Origin: Octopus bimaculoides
Taxonomy: Eukaryota
Length of the DNA: 64,000 nt
Reading direction: 5' to 3'
NCBI RefSeq assembly: GCF_001194135.2
Contig: NC_068984.1
Coordinates: 86,684,635 to 86,748,634, forward strand
Below are positions 11,290-25,734 of the stretch, piece by piece. The position numbers and the translations under genes were made by a program. Under the pieces are notes generated by a model. That model had not been told where the DNA came from. It saw nothing but the letters and a program-made list of their open reading frames with translations, and made no database searches. The first letter of the stretch is position 1. Every line of letters starts with the position of its first letter.

Positions 11290-12545
11290 TTTAGACAGTG
11301 TATCTAGAAATCATTATCATCATTTTTCCTTCATTTTATTTCACCACCATTTTCTTTCATGCACTGGAGAAGACACATCTAATCCATTTACAATGGATTA
11401 GATATGTTTTCTCCAGCACAGCATGTCCACTAAAGTGAACAATGTTTGATAGAGTGTTACTAAGCTAGGTGAATCTGTCAATGGTCTGTTGAGGCTGATC
11501 TTTAACTGTTGCTGCAGGCCCCACAAATACCTTGCAAGGGCCTAGTTGCCACATGATTTCAGTACTTTCTTCTGATAGTGAAGCTGAAATTACTATAGGC
11601 AGAGGACAACCTGTTCATGCACTGATGCATGTCAAAACTCTGAATGTGCAATGAGAGCACAGTCATCTGCTAACAGTAATTTGCTTATTCATATCTTCTT
11701 TCACCTTGCTTTTACCTAGAGTCTTCTCAAAGTTGAAAAGCCTGTCATTCTTCCAAGAATGCATCAATCAGCTGAAAAGCACTTCCCATCATGAATTGCT
11801 TTGGCATGGAACGGCCATAACAAGACAATAAACTTATCAGGATAGTTGTACTTAGCCATGATCATCAAAAGCTCTTCATGACTAACAGTGTCAAATACTT
11901 TCTACAAGATCAACAAAGCAAGCCACTGTAGCAACAACAGAAATTGCAGAAAAGTGAGACAGCATGTTGATGAACCACAGATTGGAGTGTGTTGGTAAGT
12001 GACTTCATGCAAATCAGCCAAATAATCTTCAAAGGAATTGTGGTGTACATTCTACAATGTCTGTATGTATAGCAGTACTATCCTAGATGTGGTGGGCAGT
12101 ATTTTATAGTGGATCTCACTTGTGTTTTGTAGAGGGTTCATGGTTGTTGGAGAATGAAATGTTTTCTAGCTCTGAAGAGGAAGGTCAGTCTTTGTAATGC
12201 TGACTAGTGTGTAACCTATTTCACTGCTTATATTCAGCATCTTGTCAACTACTTCTGTTGGTCCATTTGCTTTCCGTACTTTCATATTACTAATTGCCCT
12301 TTCAACAATGTTGCTGTCTGGTTCTCTCTTGGACCTAGTTAGGGAAGTCCTCTCTCCCATATTTTTTTGACCTCTCATAGAAGTGAAAGCTAGTGCACTG
12401 TTATTGTTCAGTTCACACTTTGCATTAACAACATCCTGATTTATCTTGACACATTGCTTTGCAATCTGGACTGCCTCATACCTTTGATCCTCACACAACA
12501 GAACAGTGGAAAGCTTTGACATTCAGCTTCTCTCCTTGATAAGTA
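11290..12545 (-). mobile_element. RTE-type LINE reverse-transcriptase remnant
   Basis: ORF piece QDVVNAKCELNNNSALA...VERAISNMKVRKANGPTEVVDKML resembles the RTE pre-RT KA.GP region, followed by a degenerate FVDL..AFD segment with many stops. Confidence 0.75.
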
Positions 12546-13227
12546 TACCTGACATCTAGATTCTTTTCAAGCAATATATTTCTTTTCTAGTGATTTCTTT
12601 AGAAATATATGAGTTCAAAAAAAAAAAAAATACAAAAACATTTCACTCTATTATATTCCTCACTCTCCATATTCTTCCATTCTGTCTAGTTTTGTCTTTG
12701 TTTTTACCTTTTATGTACCATTCCCCCACCAAATCACCTTCACCTGACTACTGACATGACATGACAATTAGGAAAATGATAACAATGATGATAATTCAAA
12801 TATTTGCTAAACAAAATACATTGCTAAGCAATAATTTTCAAAAATACACAAAAGTTTCTAAGCATAAATATTACACAAAAAGAAAACTTCTGATTACAAG
12901 CACTTTTTGAAATAATGATACATTTCAAAAATCATATAATCTGATTTATTTACACTGAGAGAATGGCACAACTTAATTATTTGATATCTAGTAATATAAT
13001 GAATAAAAATAATTTCAACTGTTTTTCTATTTTTATTTTCTTTAAACCAATAATATATTTGTGAAGAAATATGTTACTTAACAACAACAGTGGAATCAAT
13101 TCTTTTTTAAATTGCCATTTTTTGTTTATTTTACAACTAATTCTGATTATATCAAAATAAAATTTTCAAGTTTGAATGACATGTGATAAGAATCTTGAAG
13201 CTTCAAAAAAATTTTGTATCCATATCT

Positions 13228-13600
13228 TTTATCTTTTACTTGTCTCAGTCATTAGACTGCAGCCATGCTGGGGCACCACCTTGAAGAATCTTTAGTGGAA
13301 TGAATCAACCCCAGTACTTCTTTTACTTTTTTAAGCCTGGTACTTATTCTGTTGGTCTCTTTGTCGAACCACTAAGTTACAGGGATGTAAACACAACAGA
13401 GGCTGTCAAGCAGTGGTGGGGGACATCGTCAGACACAAAGTCACACACACATATGCAATGGGCTTCTTTCAGTTTCCATCTACCAAATCCACTTACAAGG
13501 CTGTTGAAAACAGTTGCCCAAGATGTCACATAGTGGGACTGAACCCAGAACCATGTGGTTGCTAAAGAAACTTCTTACCAAACAGCTACACCTGCACCCA
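13228..13600 (-). mobile_element. SINE family A
   Basis: Tail, body and head are all recognisable in reverse. Confidence 0.8.
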
Positions 13601-13984
13601 TATTTACAAACTTTATTAAAGAATTTTTGCCAATACAGGTTACCACTAGTTTTCTTGGTTTTTATTTTATATCCAAGTGAGTGAAACTTTATGAAGCTAA
13701 CATTTTAGTCACCGAAAATAAAAACAGAAATGGAGAGTCTCATCACCATTATGTTTTTTTAACATCCACTTTTCCATGCTTGTATGGGTTGGATAGTGTT
13801 TATTGAGACAGATTTTCTACAACTGGATGCTCTTCCTATCGTCCACCCTCACCTGTTCCTACAGATGTTTTTGCAGAAAATTGGAAACAAATGATACTGC
13901 TTCTATGACAGTGACACACATTTATGACTATCACATGATGTCAAGACAGAGACACAAACATACACCCACACACACATATACATA

Positions 13985-14295
13985 ACTGGCATTCCATCAG
14001 TTATGACAACAAGGGTTCCAGTTGATTCAATCAACAGAACAGTCTGCTAATGAAATTAATGTGCAAGTGGCTAAGAACTCCATAGACATGCAGGGAGATT
14101 CAGCTTTGACACAGAATATAACAAGGCTGGCCATTTGAATTACAGGTACAGTTTATTTTTGCCAGTTTATTTCATGGACCAAGGCAACATGAAATAAAGT
14201 GCATTGCTCGAGGACACAACGTGGTGCCTGGAATCAAACTCACAACATTATGATCATGAGCTGAATATCCCTAATCACGAAGCCATGTGCTTTCA
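13985..14295 (-). mobile_element. SINE family B
   Basis: Reverse complement of the 7742-8058 type. Confidence 0.7.
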
Positions 14296-14635
14296 TACAT
14301 ATATATATACACACACACACACACACATATATGAATATATATATATNNNNNNNNNNNNNNNNNNNNNNNNNNNNNNNNNNNNNNNNNNNNNNNNNNNNNN
14401 NNNNNNNNNATATAATAGGCTTCTTTCAGTTTCTGTCTACCAAATCCACTAGCAAGGCTTTTGTAGAAGACACTTGCCCAAGGTGCCACCACACAGTAGG
14501 ACTGAACCTGAGACCATGTGATTGGAAAGTGTATTCCTTAATCACACAGTTACACCTGCACCTAGAGCCATCTCCGTGCCTTCATATCAATCAAATAAAA
14601 ACATGAAAATTAAGTTGGAGATAAAATATTGCTCC

Positions 14636-14674
<39 letters not shown>

Positions 14675-14696
14675 CATCATCATCATTGTTATTATT
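14636..14696. repeat. (TTA)n/(TCA)n microsatellite about 95 nt from the 54-nt exon donor
   Basis: Direct reading of the sequence. Confidence 0.95.
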
Positions 14697-14789
14697 ATGG
14701 TTGTTTATAATGCTTCCAAAAATAAAAGAAAAATTGTATTGGAACAAAAAACAGAATAATTATATTAAAAAAATTATTAATATACATAC

Positions 14790-14843
14790 ATTATCTTCAT
14801 CTTCCATTAAGGAAATAGATTTTAAAACTAACTTTTCAATCTC
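14790..14843 (-). CDS. GLCCI1: GLCCI1/FAM117 54-nt exon EIEKLVLKSISLMEDEDN
   Basis: Acceptor TTTTTTCATTTTTCAG|GAG and donor AAT|GTATGT, phase 0/0. Corresponds to human ELEKVFIKE... Confidence 0.88.
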
Positions 14844-16549
14844 CTGAAAAATGAAAAAAGTAAAAATGAAATTTAGAATGTAGATATACACTATACGCAT
14901 CCAAATCAACATTATTTAAATTTTATTTTTCCTTGTTAGTATGGGTTAAATAGTTTCATGATATTCTGTATCTCATTATCTCAATTTTATTGAATTGCCT
15001 TTTGAAAACCTGTTTTCAATTCTTTATAAATCCAACTCTAAGTAACCCTTCACTGCCAACATCCATAACATCTCCACCCAATATGCATTTATACCAATAT
15101 AGTAAGCCACTTTTACCATTCACTTCTGATTAGCCATACATGTGAATTAACATTACCTCTCCCATACAAAGAACTTTTTCAATTAACTTCAATAAGAACA
15201 ACTTCTATGGCTTCACATTTTAGTATTCTTATTAACATTATTAGCATCTCAGGTCATTAGGTTTCTTTGACATCCAATTTCATTTAGATTTAGTATTACA
15301 CACACATACACACACACATAACTGAGTGTCTCACAGATTGCAGCTACCAATTCCACTCATAAGGTATTAGTCAGCATGAAGCTATAGAAGAAAATATTTG
15401 CCCAAGATGCCATAGAATGAGACCATGCCCAAAACTATGTGGAAGTTACATATTTAAAATAATTATTATTTTAAACTACAACTTTTTTCACATACTATAA
15501 TAGGAATAAATGTTTCTATATTTACTCCTAATTACTTTAAAAAAAAAACCTACTTAATTTACAATAATAATTAAAGAAAGAATTAATAAACTCTGTTTGG
15601 AACTAAAATAAACATAACACTATTAGATAACACAAAAAAAGTTAATGAGGCTAACGAATCATGGGTTCTAAAACCACCTCTAATTACAATTAAGTCAGTA
15701 ATGAGCTAATGAAGGAACCACTACATGGTCACAAGACATATTAAAAGTAGCAGTTCTGAGTAAACTGTACCTGAAATAAAAATGGGATGGTCAAGGCATA
15801 GATGCCTTTGAACATTAGTTTGCACAATCAGGGGCTATATGGAATTAAATAACTAAGTCGATGAAACAGTCTCTTGACCTACTAAATATAGCAGCCAAAC
15901 ATCCCTCAAACCATATTGCACTGTCTTTAAAAAAATAGGACACATTTGATTATGTAGTCCTAGAGGTACTGTCTGAGTAAAAGAGGAATAATCACAACTG
16001 GAACACATTTGATCACAGTGGATCAGAGCCAGCAAAGTTAATACCTAAGGCTAAACAACAATAGTCAAATGATTTTAAGTCACATGTTAAACAAAAATAT
16101 TTATAGAAAAATCTTCTTTGAATAACCTAATTTTGGTGGAGGAGTGATCATAGGGTAGAATAATTAAATAAGTGACATAATTTCAGTATCCAATTAAAAC
16201 AATCTACTTTTTTATAATACAAGATTCTCATATTATTCTGCAATCAAAGCAAAATTCAAAATTAGATTTTATAAAGAAGGAATATAAGGAATGAACTATC
16301 AAACATTACTTCAAATATTCATGGAATTTAATTCAGTATCAAGAGTTATCTAGCCCATTTCCTTCAAATTTAAACTTGCAAATGAATGATTTTATAAAAA
16401 GAATCAGTAAAATACTAGGACCCACAGAAAGTGCATGTCTTCCTAATGTTCATATTTCTATTTTGATGCATAAATTTATAGATCTTCTTAACATTATTTC
16501 ACTATGAAGAACATTTCAATTGCATCCCTGATTTTAGTCCATAGTTTAA

Positions 16550-16770
16550 CTCTTTAGCATTTAAACCGATCATATCCAACCCAAATATTCTACTTGTTTT
16601 ATATTCAAACTGGCCAGATCTGGTCTTTCACACCTACCGTACAAGGTCATTCTAAAAACATATAATCACATTATCAAAATCTCAAAGCTACAAAATAACA
16701 CATGACTAATTCAAAACAATGTGAATAAACAAGTATTACATATGACAAAGTAAATCTGAATGCTAAAGGG
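16550..16770 (+). mobile_element. piggyBac-type MITE family 1
   Basis: TTAA flanks at 16546-16549 and 16771-16774; TIR CTCTTTAGCATT/AATGCTAAAGGG. Confidence 0.85.
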
Positions 16771-17112
16771 TTAAAACATAACACTTGAATTTGATCACAA
16801 ACTACACTCAGAATTGCTGAAGCATAGAATAAGCTATCCATGTCAGTATATTGTGCCCTTCTAAAATTCCAAGTTTCATGAAATTCACCAACACTACATC
16901 TGACATGCTTATGCACTCTTTTCTCTTTACAGCTCTTGAACTGTTCACTTTACTGTACTCTGTGTTTTAATCTGTGTACTGTGCATGCATTTTGGGGTTC
17001 TGTTGCTGTCTTTACTTATTGCTGGTTTCTGTTCCCTATTTTACCATTTTTCAACAAGTTGTAGTGCATCTGAGTATTGTATACAATAACCTGGTTACTT
17101 TTTTTTTTTTCC

Positions 17113-17478
17113 TTTTTACTTGTTTCAGTGCATGGTTGGGGCACCACCCTGAGGAATTTTAGTCAAATTAATCAACTCCAGTACTTATTTTCTTTTTAAG
17201 CCTGGTATTTATTCTATCAGCCTCTTTTGCCAACTGATAAGTTATGGAGACATAGACACACCAATGCTGGTTGCCAATTGGTGGTGGGAGACAAACACTG
17301 ACACACACACACATCATACAACAGGCTTCTTTCAGTTTCTGGCTACCAAATCCACTCACAAGACTTTGATCAGCCTGAGGCTACAGTAAAAGACACTTGC
17401 ATAAAGTGCCACCCAGTGGAACTGAACCTGGGACCATGTGGTTGGGAAGTATCCTTCTTACCACACAGCTACACTTGT
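17113..17478 (-). mobile_element. SINE family A
   Basis: Full reverse copy. Confidence 0.8.
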
Positions 17479-17749
17479 TATATTCTCAATTCCATTCCAT
17501 AGAAGTTGAACTCATATATTTTACTTTTCACTCATGACAAGCAGAATAACAATAATATAAACTTTTTATAAGTTGTCTATTTAGATTATATTTTTTTTTC
17601 TGAATAACTTATAAATATCATATTCTCCTATGTCTTCTCCCATGTTCCTCTAACATCAATACTTTTCAATGACAACACTACTTCATTCATATTCAATTTA
17701 TTTCAAGTGTCTGAACCACTAACTGTCTCTACTGCATATATATTAGTTA

Positions 17750-17971
17750 AACCTTGAATACTTAAACCAGCCATTTCCAGCCAAAATAGTCTATCTGTTT
17801 TTACATTCAAACAGGTCAAATCTGGTTTCTCATACCAACCTTACAATACCATTTAAAAAAATTAATGTTACCTCATCAAAATCTCATAGCTACAAGATAA
17901 TTCATGATTAATTCAAAACAATATCAATAAATAAGCATTACTTTTGACAGAATAATGTGAATGCTAAAGGA
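17750..17971 (+). mobile_element. piggyBac-type MITE family 1, decayed
   Basis: Internal sequence matches 5669-5888 and ends in GAATGCTAAAGG. Confidence 0.7.
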
Positions 17972-18771
17972 TTAGTGTGTTTCAAACCAAACAATTCAGT
18001 CAGTACACTTATGTTCTGCTTTTTTCATACAAATTATCATGACACACCTAACAGATCAGTCTTAACTCATTTTTCTTCAGCACCTAAGATCTTCCACTTT
18101 CAATGCCAATATCTCATTCTCATACAACATCACACCACTTACACATACTCTTGAAACTACCTTTTGGGTGAAGAAACTTCATCCTCAAAGGTGTACCAAA
18201 GAAGTAGCCTCTACATAGTTTATGAACCTGACAGAAATAGCAACCAGATCTTCCCCAAATCATACCCCACCTTCTTAAAAATTATGAGAAAAGCATAAGC
18301 TTCTCTCAGTTTTTACAAAACAAAATTGAAGAAAATGAATAAAACAATAAGCAATATAAGAGCTAAAATAAACTTGGTTTAATATTAGATTAGATGCAAG
18401 CAAAATAAAATGTAACTCATTGGGAATATTTCATTGTTTCTGGAAAACATTATATACTCATGTTGGCAAAATATCTCACCTTGCAAGCTGTAAAATGTTT
18501 TAGACTAACTTGTATATTAAATATACAAAATAAATATACCTGAAGATGAAAACTGTGGGAAATATTATAAAATATCTAAAGATAAACCTGTGAAATTGTC
18601 AAACACAGGTTGTATTCAATCTTTTTTTTTTTTATAGGTATAGAAAGTATTCTATTTACAAACACGTGTGTTTATTCAATGTATGTTCACGTGGGACAGA
18701 CATAAAATAAACACATATAGCATGCTAGAAATAACAACGAAATCCCTGGCAACTTGCCTCCTAACATTTAG

Positions 18772-18991
18772 CCCTTTTGCATTTAAACTAGCCATATCCA
18801 GCTTAAATATTCTACCTGTTTTATATTCAAACAGGCTAGATCCTGCCTCACACACTTATGCTACAATGTCATTCTAAAAATCAGCAATTATATCATTGAA
18901 ATCTCAAAGTTACAAGACAATACATGATTAATTCAAAACAATTTGAATAAATGAGCATATCATTTGACAGGGTAATCTGAATACTAAAGGG
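18772..18991 (+). mobile_element. piggyBac-type MITE family 1
   Basis: TTAG-CCCTTTTGCATT...AATACTAAAGGG-TTAA. Confidence 0.8.
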
Positions 18992-19289
18992 TTAAAAGAA
19001 AAAAGAATACATTGGATAAGTTTTTATATATATATATAGTTTAGTCAGAGAAAGTAGGAGAGCACCCATAACCTCCTATTTTTTTTGTTTTCTTCCAAGG
19101 TCTCTGAAACTGGAAGAGAGTAAATTATTTTGAAACTGGTACCACCCAAGAACTCAGGATACAAAGAACCAGAACACATATTGCAAAGCATCTGATTTCC
19201 AAACTGTTAACAATATCAGCAACCATTGTCCTGGAGTAAGTATCTTATTTTCTTTCTTTAATCAAGAAGACCCGCCCACCATAACAGAA

Positions 19290-19560
19290 TTGAGATCCTA
19301 AAACCAAGGTGCCACGTAAAACAACATTGGTGTGGGTGTTGGTGTCACATAAAAAGCACTGGTGATGGTGCCACATAAAAAGCATCCAGTACACTCTGTA
19401 AAGTTAATGATGTTAGGAAGGATATCCAGCTGCGAAATCAAGCCAAAAACACTATGGAACATGGTACAGAACCTGGCTTTGTCAGTTCCCATCAATCCTT
19501 CCAACCCATGCCAGCATGGAAGACAGATGTTAAATGTTGATGATGATGATGATGATGATG
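19290..19560 (+). mobile_element. RTE-type LINE 3' UTR with (GAT)n tail
   Basis: Tandem GCCACRTAAAA(A)GCA motifs and an ATGTTGATGATGATGAT tail; near-identical opening to 48085-48340. Confidence 0.75.
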
Positions 19561-20958
19561 AGGGACTGGTTACGTTATTGAACCCCAAAAGGATGAAAGG
19601 CTTACAACCAGGACAAATAACTACAAGATATTTTATTCTCTGCTCTGACAATTCTGCCAGTTTGTTTCCTAATGTCGTTTTATTTCTGAAAAGACAGAGT
19701 CGGTCATAACTAGAAAACATCTGATAAGAGGCTTGCTCAATCAACATTGACCCAGTTAAAAAACAAAACATATGCATGCAACAACACATCCTTCTCATCT
19801 GCCTCTACAGCTAATCCGGTCATCATCCTTGTTTAAAATCCACTCCCATGCTTGCATAAGTTAGAAAGAATTTGTTGCAGCAGATTTTCTACAACCCTTC
19901 CTGTTACAAACCTCACCACTTTCCAGATAAGGTAATATTTCCCCATAGCTAGATATGTTTTTGACTAAAGATAGGAAACAAACAACAACATTGCTTGTAT
20001 GATGGTAACACTCATTTGCCATCATCACACATTACCAAGACAAGGGTAGACATAAATACACTCAGAAACATACATACATGCATGCATGAATCTTTCTTTC
20101 AATTTCCACATACCAAATCCACTCACAAAGATTTGGTTAGCCCAAGGCTTTAACTGAAGACACTTGCCCAAGGTTCCGTGCAGTGGGACTGAATCAAAGC
20201 CCACATGGTTGGGGAGCAAGCTTCTCAACTACAGAGCCACATCTGCATTTATACATGTTACAATATTTGTTTTAATGTTTTCCGGTTTCATGTAAGCATG
20301 ATGTGAAATTGTTTACAGGCACAACACACTGTAGTTAGATATAAAATAAAGGATAAGAACCCTTTCCAAGTCATATAAACTCATAAGGCTGGTTTCCTGG
20401 TTTCCATGGCACATATACTCTTCCTTGGATGGGATGCTGATCCGTCACAGGATTACTAATTTTTCCCAGCTGAGTGGACTGAAGCAGCATGAAATGAAAC
20501 GTTTTACTCAAGAACACAACACATTGTCCAGTTAAGGAGTTGAAGCCACAATCATATGATCATGAATCTAACACCCGAACCACTAAGCGACACACCTTCA
20601 CCCACAGTGTATTTACTGTTTTATATATATATATATATATATTATCAATATTAGTTGATAAAAGGCAAAAGTGACCTTGATAGGCTGATAATTACATGAC
20701 ACTGAACTCAACAGCATAAAGCAGAGATGATGGACTTAATCCATCACTACCTGGTCCTTGGATGCCTTTAGCAGATTCCACTATGTTGCAAACCTTCAAG
20801 TAAAACTCTGATCAAAGGATAACTTCTTCCTTAACTCTCACCACTTACAGAATCCCTAAAAAGGGGTCATATGTGCTAGTCTTGCTCCTCTGAATAAGAC
20901 ATTAAAATAACAAAATAGTAGTGAAATAAATAGATAAATAAATGAATAAATGACTTAC

Positions 20959-21180
20959 TGTGTTTAAACCTTCTACACTATTTCTTTGATACCTAGGCAT
21001 GGTAGCTTTATTGTTATTATTATTGATACTAGGTGATATTGACTTTGGTTGGCTGAATACATTGGTTGATTGGCTTGATGTTAATGCACAATGATTTGCA
21101 GATACAGGACTATGTCTAAGTTTTGAAGAATTGGGTTGTTTGCTTCCTTCTTTGTTTTTTTGTAGATGTTGTCTAATGAG
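20959..21180 (-). CDS. GLCCI1: GLCCI1/FAM117 exon LIRQHLQKNKEGSKQ...PRYQRNSVEGLNT
   Basis: Acceptor TTTGTCTTTTTCAG|CTC and donor ACA|GTAAGT, 222 nt open. Ends match human LRQQLQRSK and NVEGISP. Confidence 0.92.
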
Positions 21181-21479
21181 CTGAAAAAGACAAATTTTAT
21201 AGAATACATAAATTATGCAAATTATTAAACAAAATATTTTAAAATTATAGACATTATCATCATTATCAACAATAGCTCACAATTTTTTTTTTTCCCTAAT
21301 TAATAAATTGTACTGAAGCTGTGACCTTTCAATGGGGAGAAGAAACAACTCACATGGAGAGACACCCTGATTGTTGAGTTACACAGACTGTTGAGTAATG
21401 TTACTCCAGAGATCTTTGGAGGGATCCCCTTTCAGGTGCTTACATTCACACTTGTACTCTTTCAGGCATTACTAGAGAC

Positions 21480-21720
21480 ATGTGTTTAGAATGTTGCAGA
21501 AAAGAATTGCGAGACAAGTTCTTCAAGCTGAGTCAGCTGACAGGAAACTGTGGGGTAGGCCAAGAATGAGCTGGTTGGATAATATCTATAGTCTTAGTTG
21601 GTCATACTTAGGAATTCATTTCGAAAGTCTAATGATGTTTGCTTCAGAGAAGAACCTATGGAGAAGGTGCCTCTATTCATATGACCTTTCCAGGAACATT
21701 GGGCCAAGATGGATGGATAA
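21480..21720 (+). mobile_element. RTE-type LINE ORF C-terminal remnant
   Basis: RIARQVLQAE...GRPRMSWLDNI resembles the RTE C-terminal GRP...W motif. Confidence 0.6.
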
Positions 21721-22724
21721 ACATTGTTATGTTTGGGGATGGTCATATTTTTACCAATTAACCATACACACTATATACTTGGTTTTCATTTCAGCTCTAT
21801 TATTATTCATATTTTAAGGTCCTTTGTCTGAAATCTTTTGTCACACATCCTGTGACCTCTTCAGCAACTTTCCATCCCATGTGTATCCTATAACAATATC
21901 TGTTTCAACACATAATTTCACATCAAGAATTTTGCAAGACCAAAAACATAGACAAAAGATAGATAAATAGTTATATATATCAACTGCTTATCAGAAACCA
22001 TTAAAGAGATTCAGTACATTTTATAATTTATTAGTACTAGCAATGACATCCAGCCTTGTCAGTGGTGCTAGAAGGCAGTGTGTGTATATGTGTGCATACG
22101 TATGTATGTAACATGGGCACCAGTGAAGTAGTGAAGTAATTTGCGACACAAAGACAAGACCCTTAATGGAGTTGAATTATACAAGAGAGTGAGGTAGCTT
22201 TATGCCAGGTGTTGAGAGGCTAAAATAAGATAGAGACACAGGCACAGGAGATACATGCATATGTCTACCCCACATTATATAAGGGTGTATGAGAGAAGCT
22301 GGAAATGATCTGAACAAAAATTCTTAATTGAAAGTTATCTCTGAGAAAAATTTTTAAGAAAAAGTGGCAATTGAAAGTAACTCTCAAAGAAAAAGGGAGA
22401 AAATTTCAAGAGATTAGGAACTGATCTCTACAAAGTTAATGAGTAAAGCCCATGTCACTGCAAATATACTATCTTTAAGATAGCATGTTAGTGCAAGTAT
22501 CTTTTTTTTAAAAATTCTTTACTGGTTTCAAACTTTAAACTACTGCTGGGTTAAGACATCACATTTGAGGGTTTTAGCCAATTAAATCAACCCCAGGACT
22601 TTGTCTAGTAGTTATTTTAACAATCTTGTATGGTTAAGTAGCACACAGAATCTTCATTCAACCATGCCTCACTGGTGTGTGTGTGTGTGTGTATGTGTGT
22701 GTGTGTGTGTGTTCTTTCTATTAT

Positions 22725-22930
22725 AGGCACAAGGCCTGGAGTTTTGGGGGAAGGGATTGGTCAATTACACTGATCCCTGTGTTCTGCTGACACTTATTTT
22801 ATTGACCCCCAGAAAGATAAATAGCAAAGTTGGCCTCAGCAGAATTTGAACTCAGAATGTAGAGCTGGAAGAAATGCCACTAAGTACTTTTTGTCTGGCA
22901 TGCTAACAATTCTACCAACTTGCTACCTTT
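22725..22930 (-). mobile_element. SINE family C
   Basis: CACAAGGCCTG...GAATTTGAACTCAGAA...CTAACAATTCTACCAACT. Confidence 0.75.
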
Positions 22931-23723
22931 ACACACACACACGCACACACACATACACACAATGTGTTTAATAAACATATATTTTAGTTTCATTGTGAAA
23001 ATTAACCTGTTGATAAACTTAAGAAATATCGACAGCTGAGAATTTGGTTTATCTGATTAGTTTAATCTTTCTCAACTCTCAAAATTAAGAAAAATATATC
23101 TTTCTATTAACAATCGATGTATGGTGATGAATAAATCTATATGCAGAAAACACCTTTATCCGTATATCAATAATTAAGCTGCATTAGTACTTTTGTTTNN
23201 NNNNNNNNNNNNNNNNNNNNNNNNNNNNNNNNNNNNNNNNNNNNNNNNNNNNNNNNNNNNNNNNNNNNNNNNNNNNNNNNNNNNNNNNNNNNNNNNNNNN
23301 NNNNNNNNNNNNNNNNNNNNNNNNNNNNNNNNNNNNNNNNNNNNNNNNNNNNNNNNNNNNNNNNNNNNNNNNNNNNNNNNNNNNNNNNNNNNNNNNNNNN
23401 NNNNNNNNNNNNNNNNNNNNNNNNNNNNNNNNNNNNNNNNNNNNNNNNNNNNNNNNNNNNNNNNNNNNNNNNNNNNNNNNNNNNNNNNNNNNNNNNNNNN
23501 NNNNNNNNNNNNNNNNNNNNNNNNNNNNNNNNNNNNNNNNNNNNNNNNNNNNNNNATCTTTATCTTGATAAATAACTTGAAACCATGGTACAGAGTATAG
23601 ACTGGTAAAAGTTTTTCTTTTTCATTCTCTTTCAAAATAATCCCTATTTTTGTGGTATAGAGTTTTTTGCTGCTCTTTCTAGCGGGTTAGATGTCCTATT
23701 ATAGGCATCTCTGTATTTTAATG

Positions 23724-23758
<35 letters not shown>

Positions 23759-23774
23759 TGTGTGTGTGTGTGTA

Positions 23775-23995
23775 TCTTTTATTTTTTATTTGTTTCAGTC
23801 ATTAGAATGCAGCTGTGTTGAGGCAACACCTTGAAGAGATTTTAGTCAAATTAATCAATTTCAGTGCTTTTTTATTTTTTTTTTATTTAAGCCTGGTACT
23901 TATTCTATTGGTTTCTTTTGCCAAACGCTAAGTTACGGGGATATAAACACACCAACACCAATTATCAAGCAGTGGTGGGGAACAGACACCAAGAC
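23775..23995 (-). mobile_element. SINE family A, 3' half
   Basis: Family A tail and body. Confidence 0.75.
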
Positions 23996-24214
23996 ACACA
24001 CAGATATATAAATATATATCATCCTCATTATCATTATCATTGTTTAACATCCTCCTTCCATGCTGGCATGGGTTGGACGGTTTGACAGAAGCTGGCCAGT
24101 CAGGAGACTGCACGGGACTTCTGTGTCTGTTTTGGCATGGTTTTTCCTAACACCAACCACCCAGCAGAGTGGACAGAGTGCTTTTTACATGACACAAATA
24201 TATCTATATATATA

Positions 24215-24862
24215 TATGGGTTAATTGGAAGGTTATCAGAGAAAATAGTTTTCATACGTGGAAAATGCACAGGGTCCTTAAAAACATTAGATACTTGGGA
24301 AATTGATTCTCTCAAATGCCTCAATGCAAGTGTATGTGTTCATCAGAGTACCAGTGTTCTGAGAGAAAAGTTAGGCATAAGAGGAATTATTTGTTGTGTG
24401 CAAGAGAGGAGACTGCACTGGTTTGGTCATGTGATGCACATTGAAGCTGACAGCTCCATAAAAAAGTGCTGATCTCTCAAAGTAGATGGAACACATGGGA
24501 GAGGGAGACCCAGGAAGACATGGGACAAAGTACTGAAGAATGATCTCAAGAAGATGAACCTTTCAGATGAGATGACACCTGGCACTTGGCCATACTCAAG
24601 AAGACCTGTACCCCACAGCAGAAGTGTTAAGACCGACCCTTCTGGGTGCGTAAAGCACCCATGGTGATGCCACGTAAAAGCACCAGTGCAGTGTCACATA
24701 AAAGCATCCAACACATTCTGCAAAGTCGTTGGTGTTAGGAAGGGCACCCAGCCATAGAAACCGTGCCAAATCAGACTGGACTCTAGTGCAGCCCACTAGC
24801 TTGCCAGCTCACACTGTTCAACCCAAGCTAGCATGAACAATGGGCATTGAATGATGATGATA
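24215..24862 (+). mobile_element. 5'-truncated RTE LINE (ORF end, 3' UTR and (GAT)n tail)
   Basis: LREKLGIRGIICCVQERRLHWFGHVMH...GRPRKTW, followed by the 3' UTR and ATGATGATGAT. Confidence 0.85.
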
Positions 24863-25734
24863 TATATATGACAGGCTTCTTTCAGTTTCTGTCGACCAAA
24901 TTCACTCACAAGGTTTTGATCGGCCCAAGGCTATTGTAGAAGACATTTGCCCAAGGTGCCATGCAATGAGACTGAATCCAGAACCATGTGGTTTGGATGC
25001 AAACTTCTTGCCACATAGCCATATATATATATATATATATGATGGGCTTCCAGTTTCCATCTACCAAATATTTCATAAAATATACAATACCTATAATATG
25101 TTTAAATATTTTTACTTGTTATTGTCTATAAAGTGCACTAATGAAATCTTAAAAATCATGATATCTTTGCTTTTTCTAATATTTGTATGTTTTATACATT
25201 TAATAAGAAAACTATTTAATCTATACACTCAAAGATACAACTAATTCAATTACAAGAAGTACAAACCCCAGCACTATCTTTTTATAAATAAATATTCCTT
25301 TCTACTATATGCACAAGGCCTAAAATTTTGGAGGATGGAGATAGTTGATTACATTGAACCCAGAGCTTAATTAGTACTTATTTTATCGACCCCAACCTAA
25401 GGTTAAGGTAGAAAATGATTGCAAAATTAGTGTTGTGGAGAAGAAAAGAAGGAGAAAATAACACTAACAGGGAGGTTGCAGCAGAGAAATGCTGTTCTGA
25501 GAGAAAAGAAGGAGAGTGTGTTTCGTAAGAAACCTAGGACATGAAATACAATATGAAGTGAAGAACAAGCAGCTTTAATATAAAAACAATATAGAGTTAG
25601 CAAATTCAGAGTACGTAAGTTTATTCTAGATGATGAGACAATAGGATGGATACAGATGGAAGATGGCTCTAAAGCTGTTAAGTGTTTATGAGTAAAAAAC
25701 AAGTATCAGTTTTGTTTTCTATTTTTCTTTCAAC

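Noticed and set aside
19298-19798. 166-aa and 115-aa overlapping ORFs
   Set aside because: Chance frames across an RTE 3' UTR and its (GAT)n tail.
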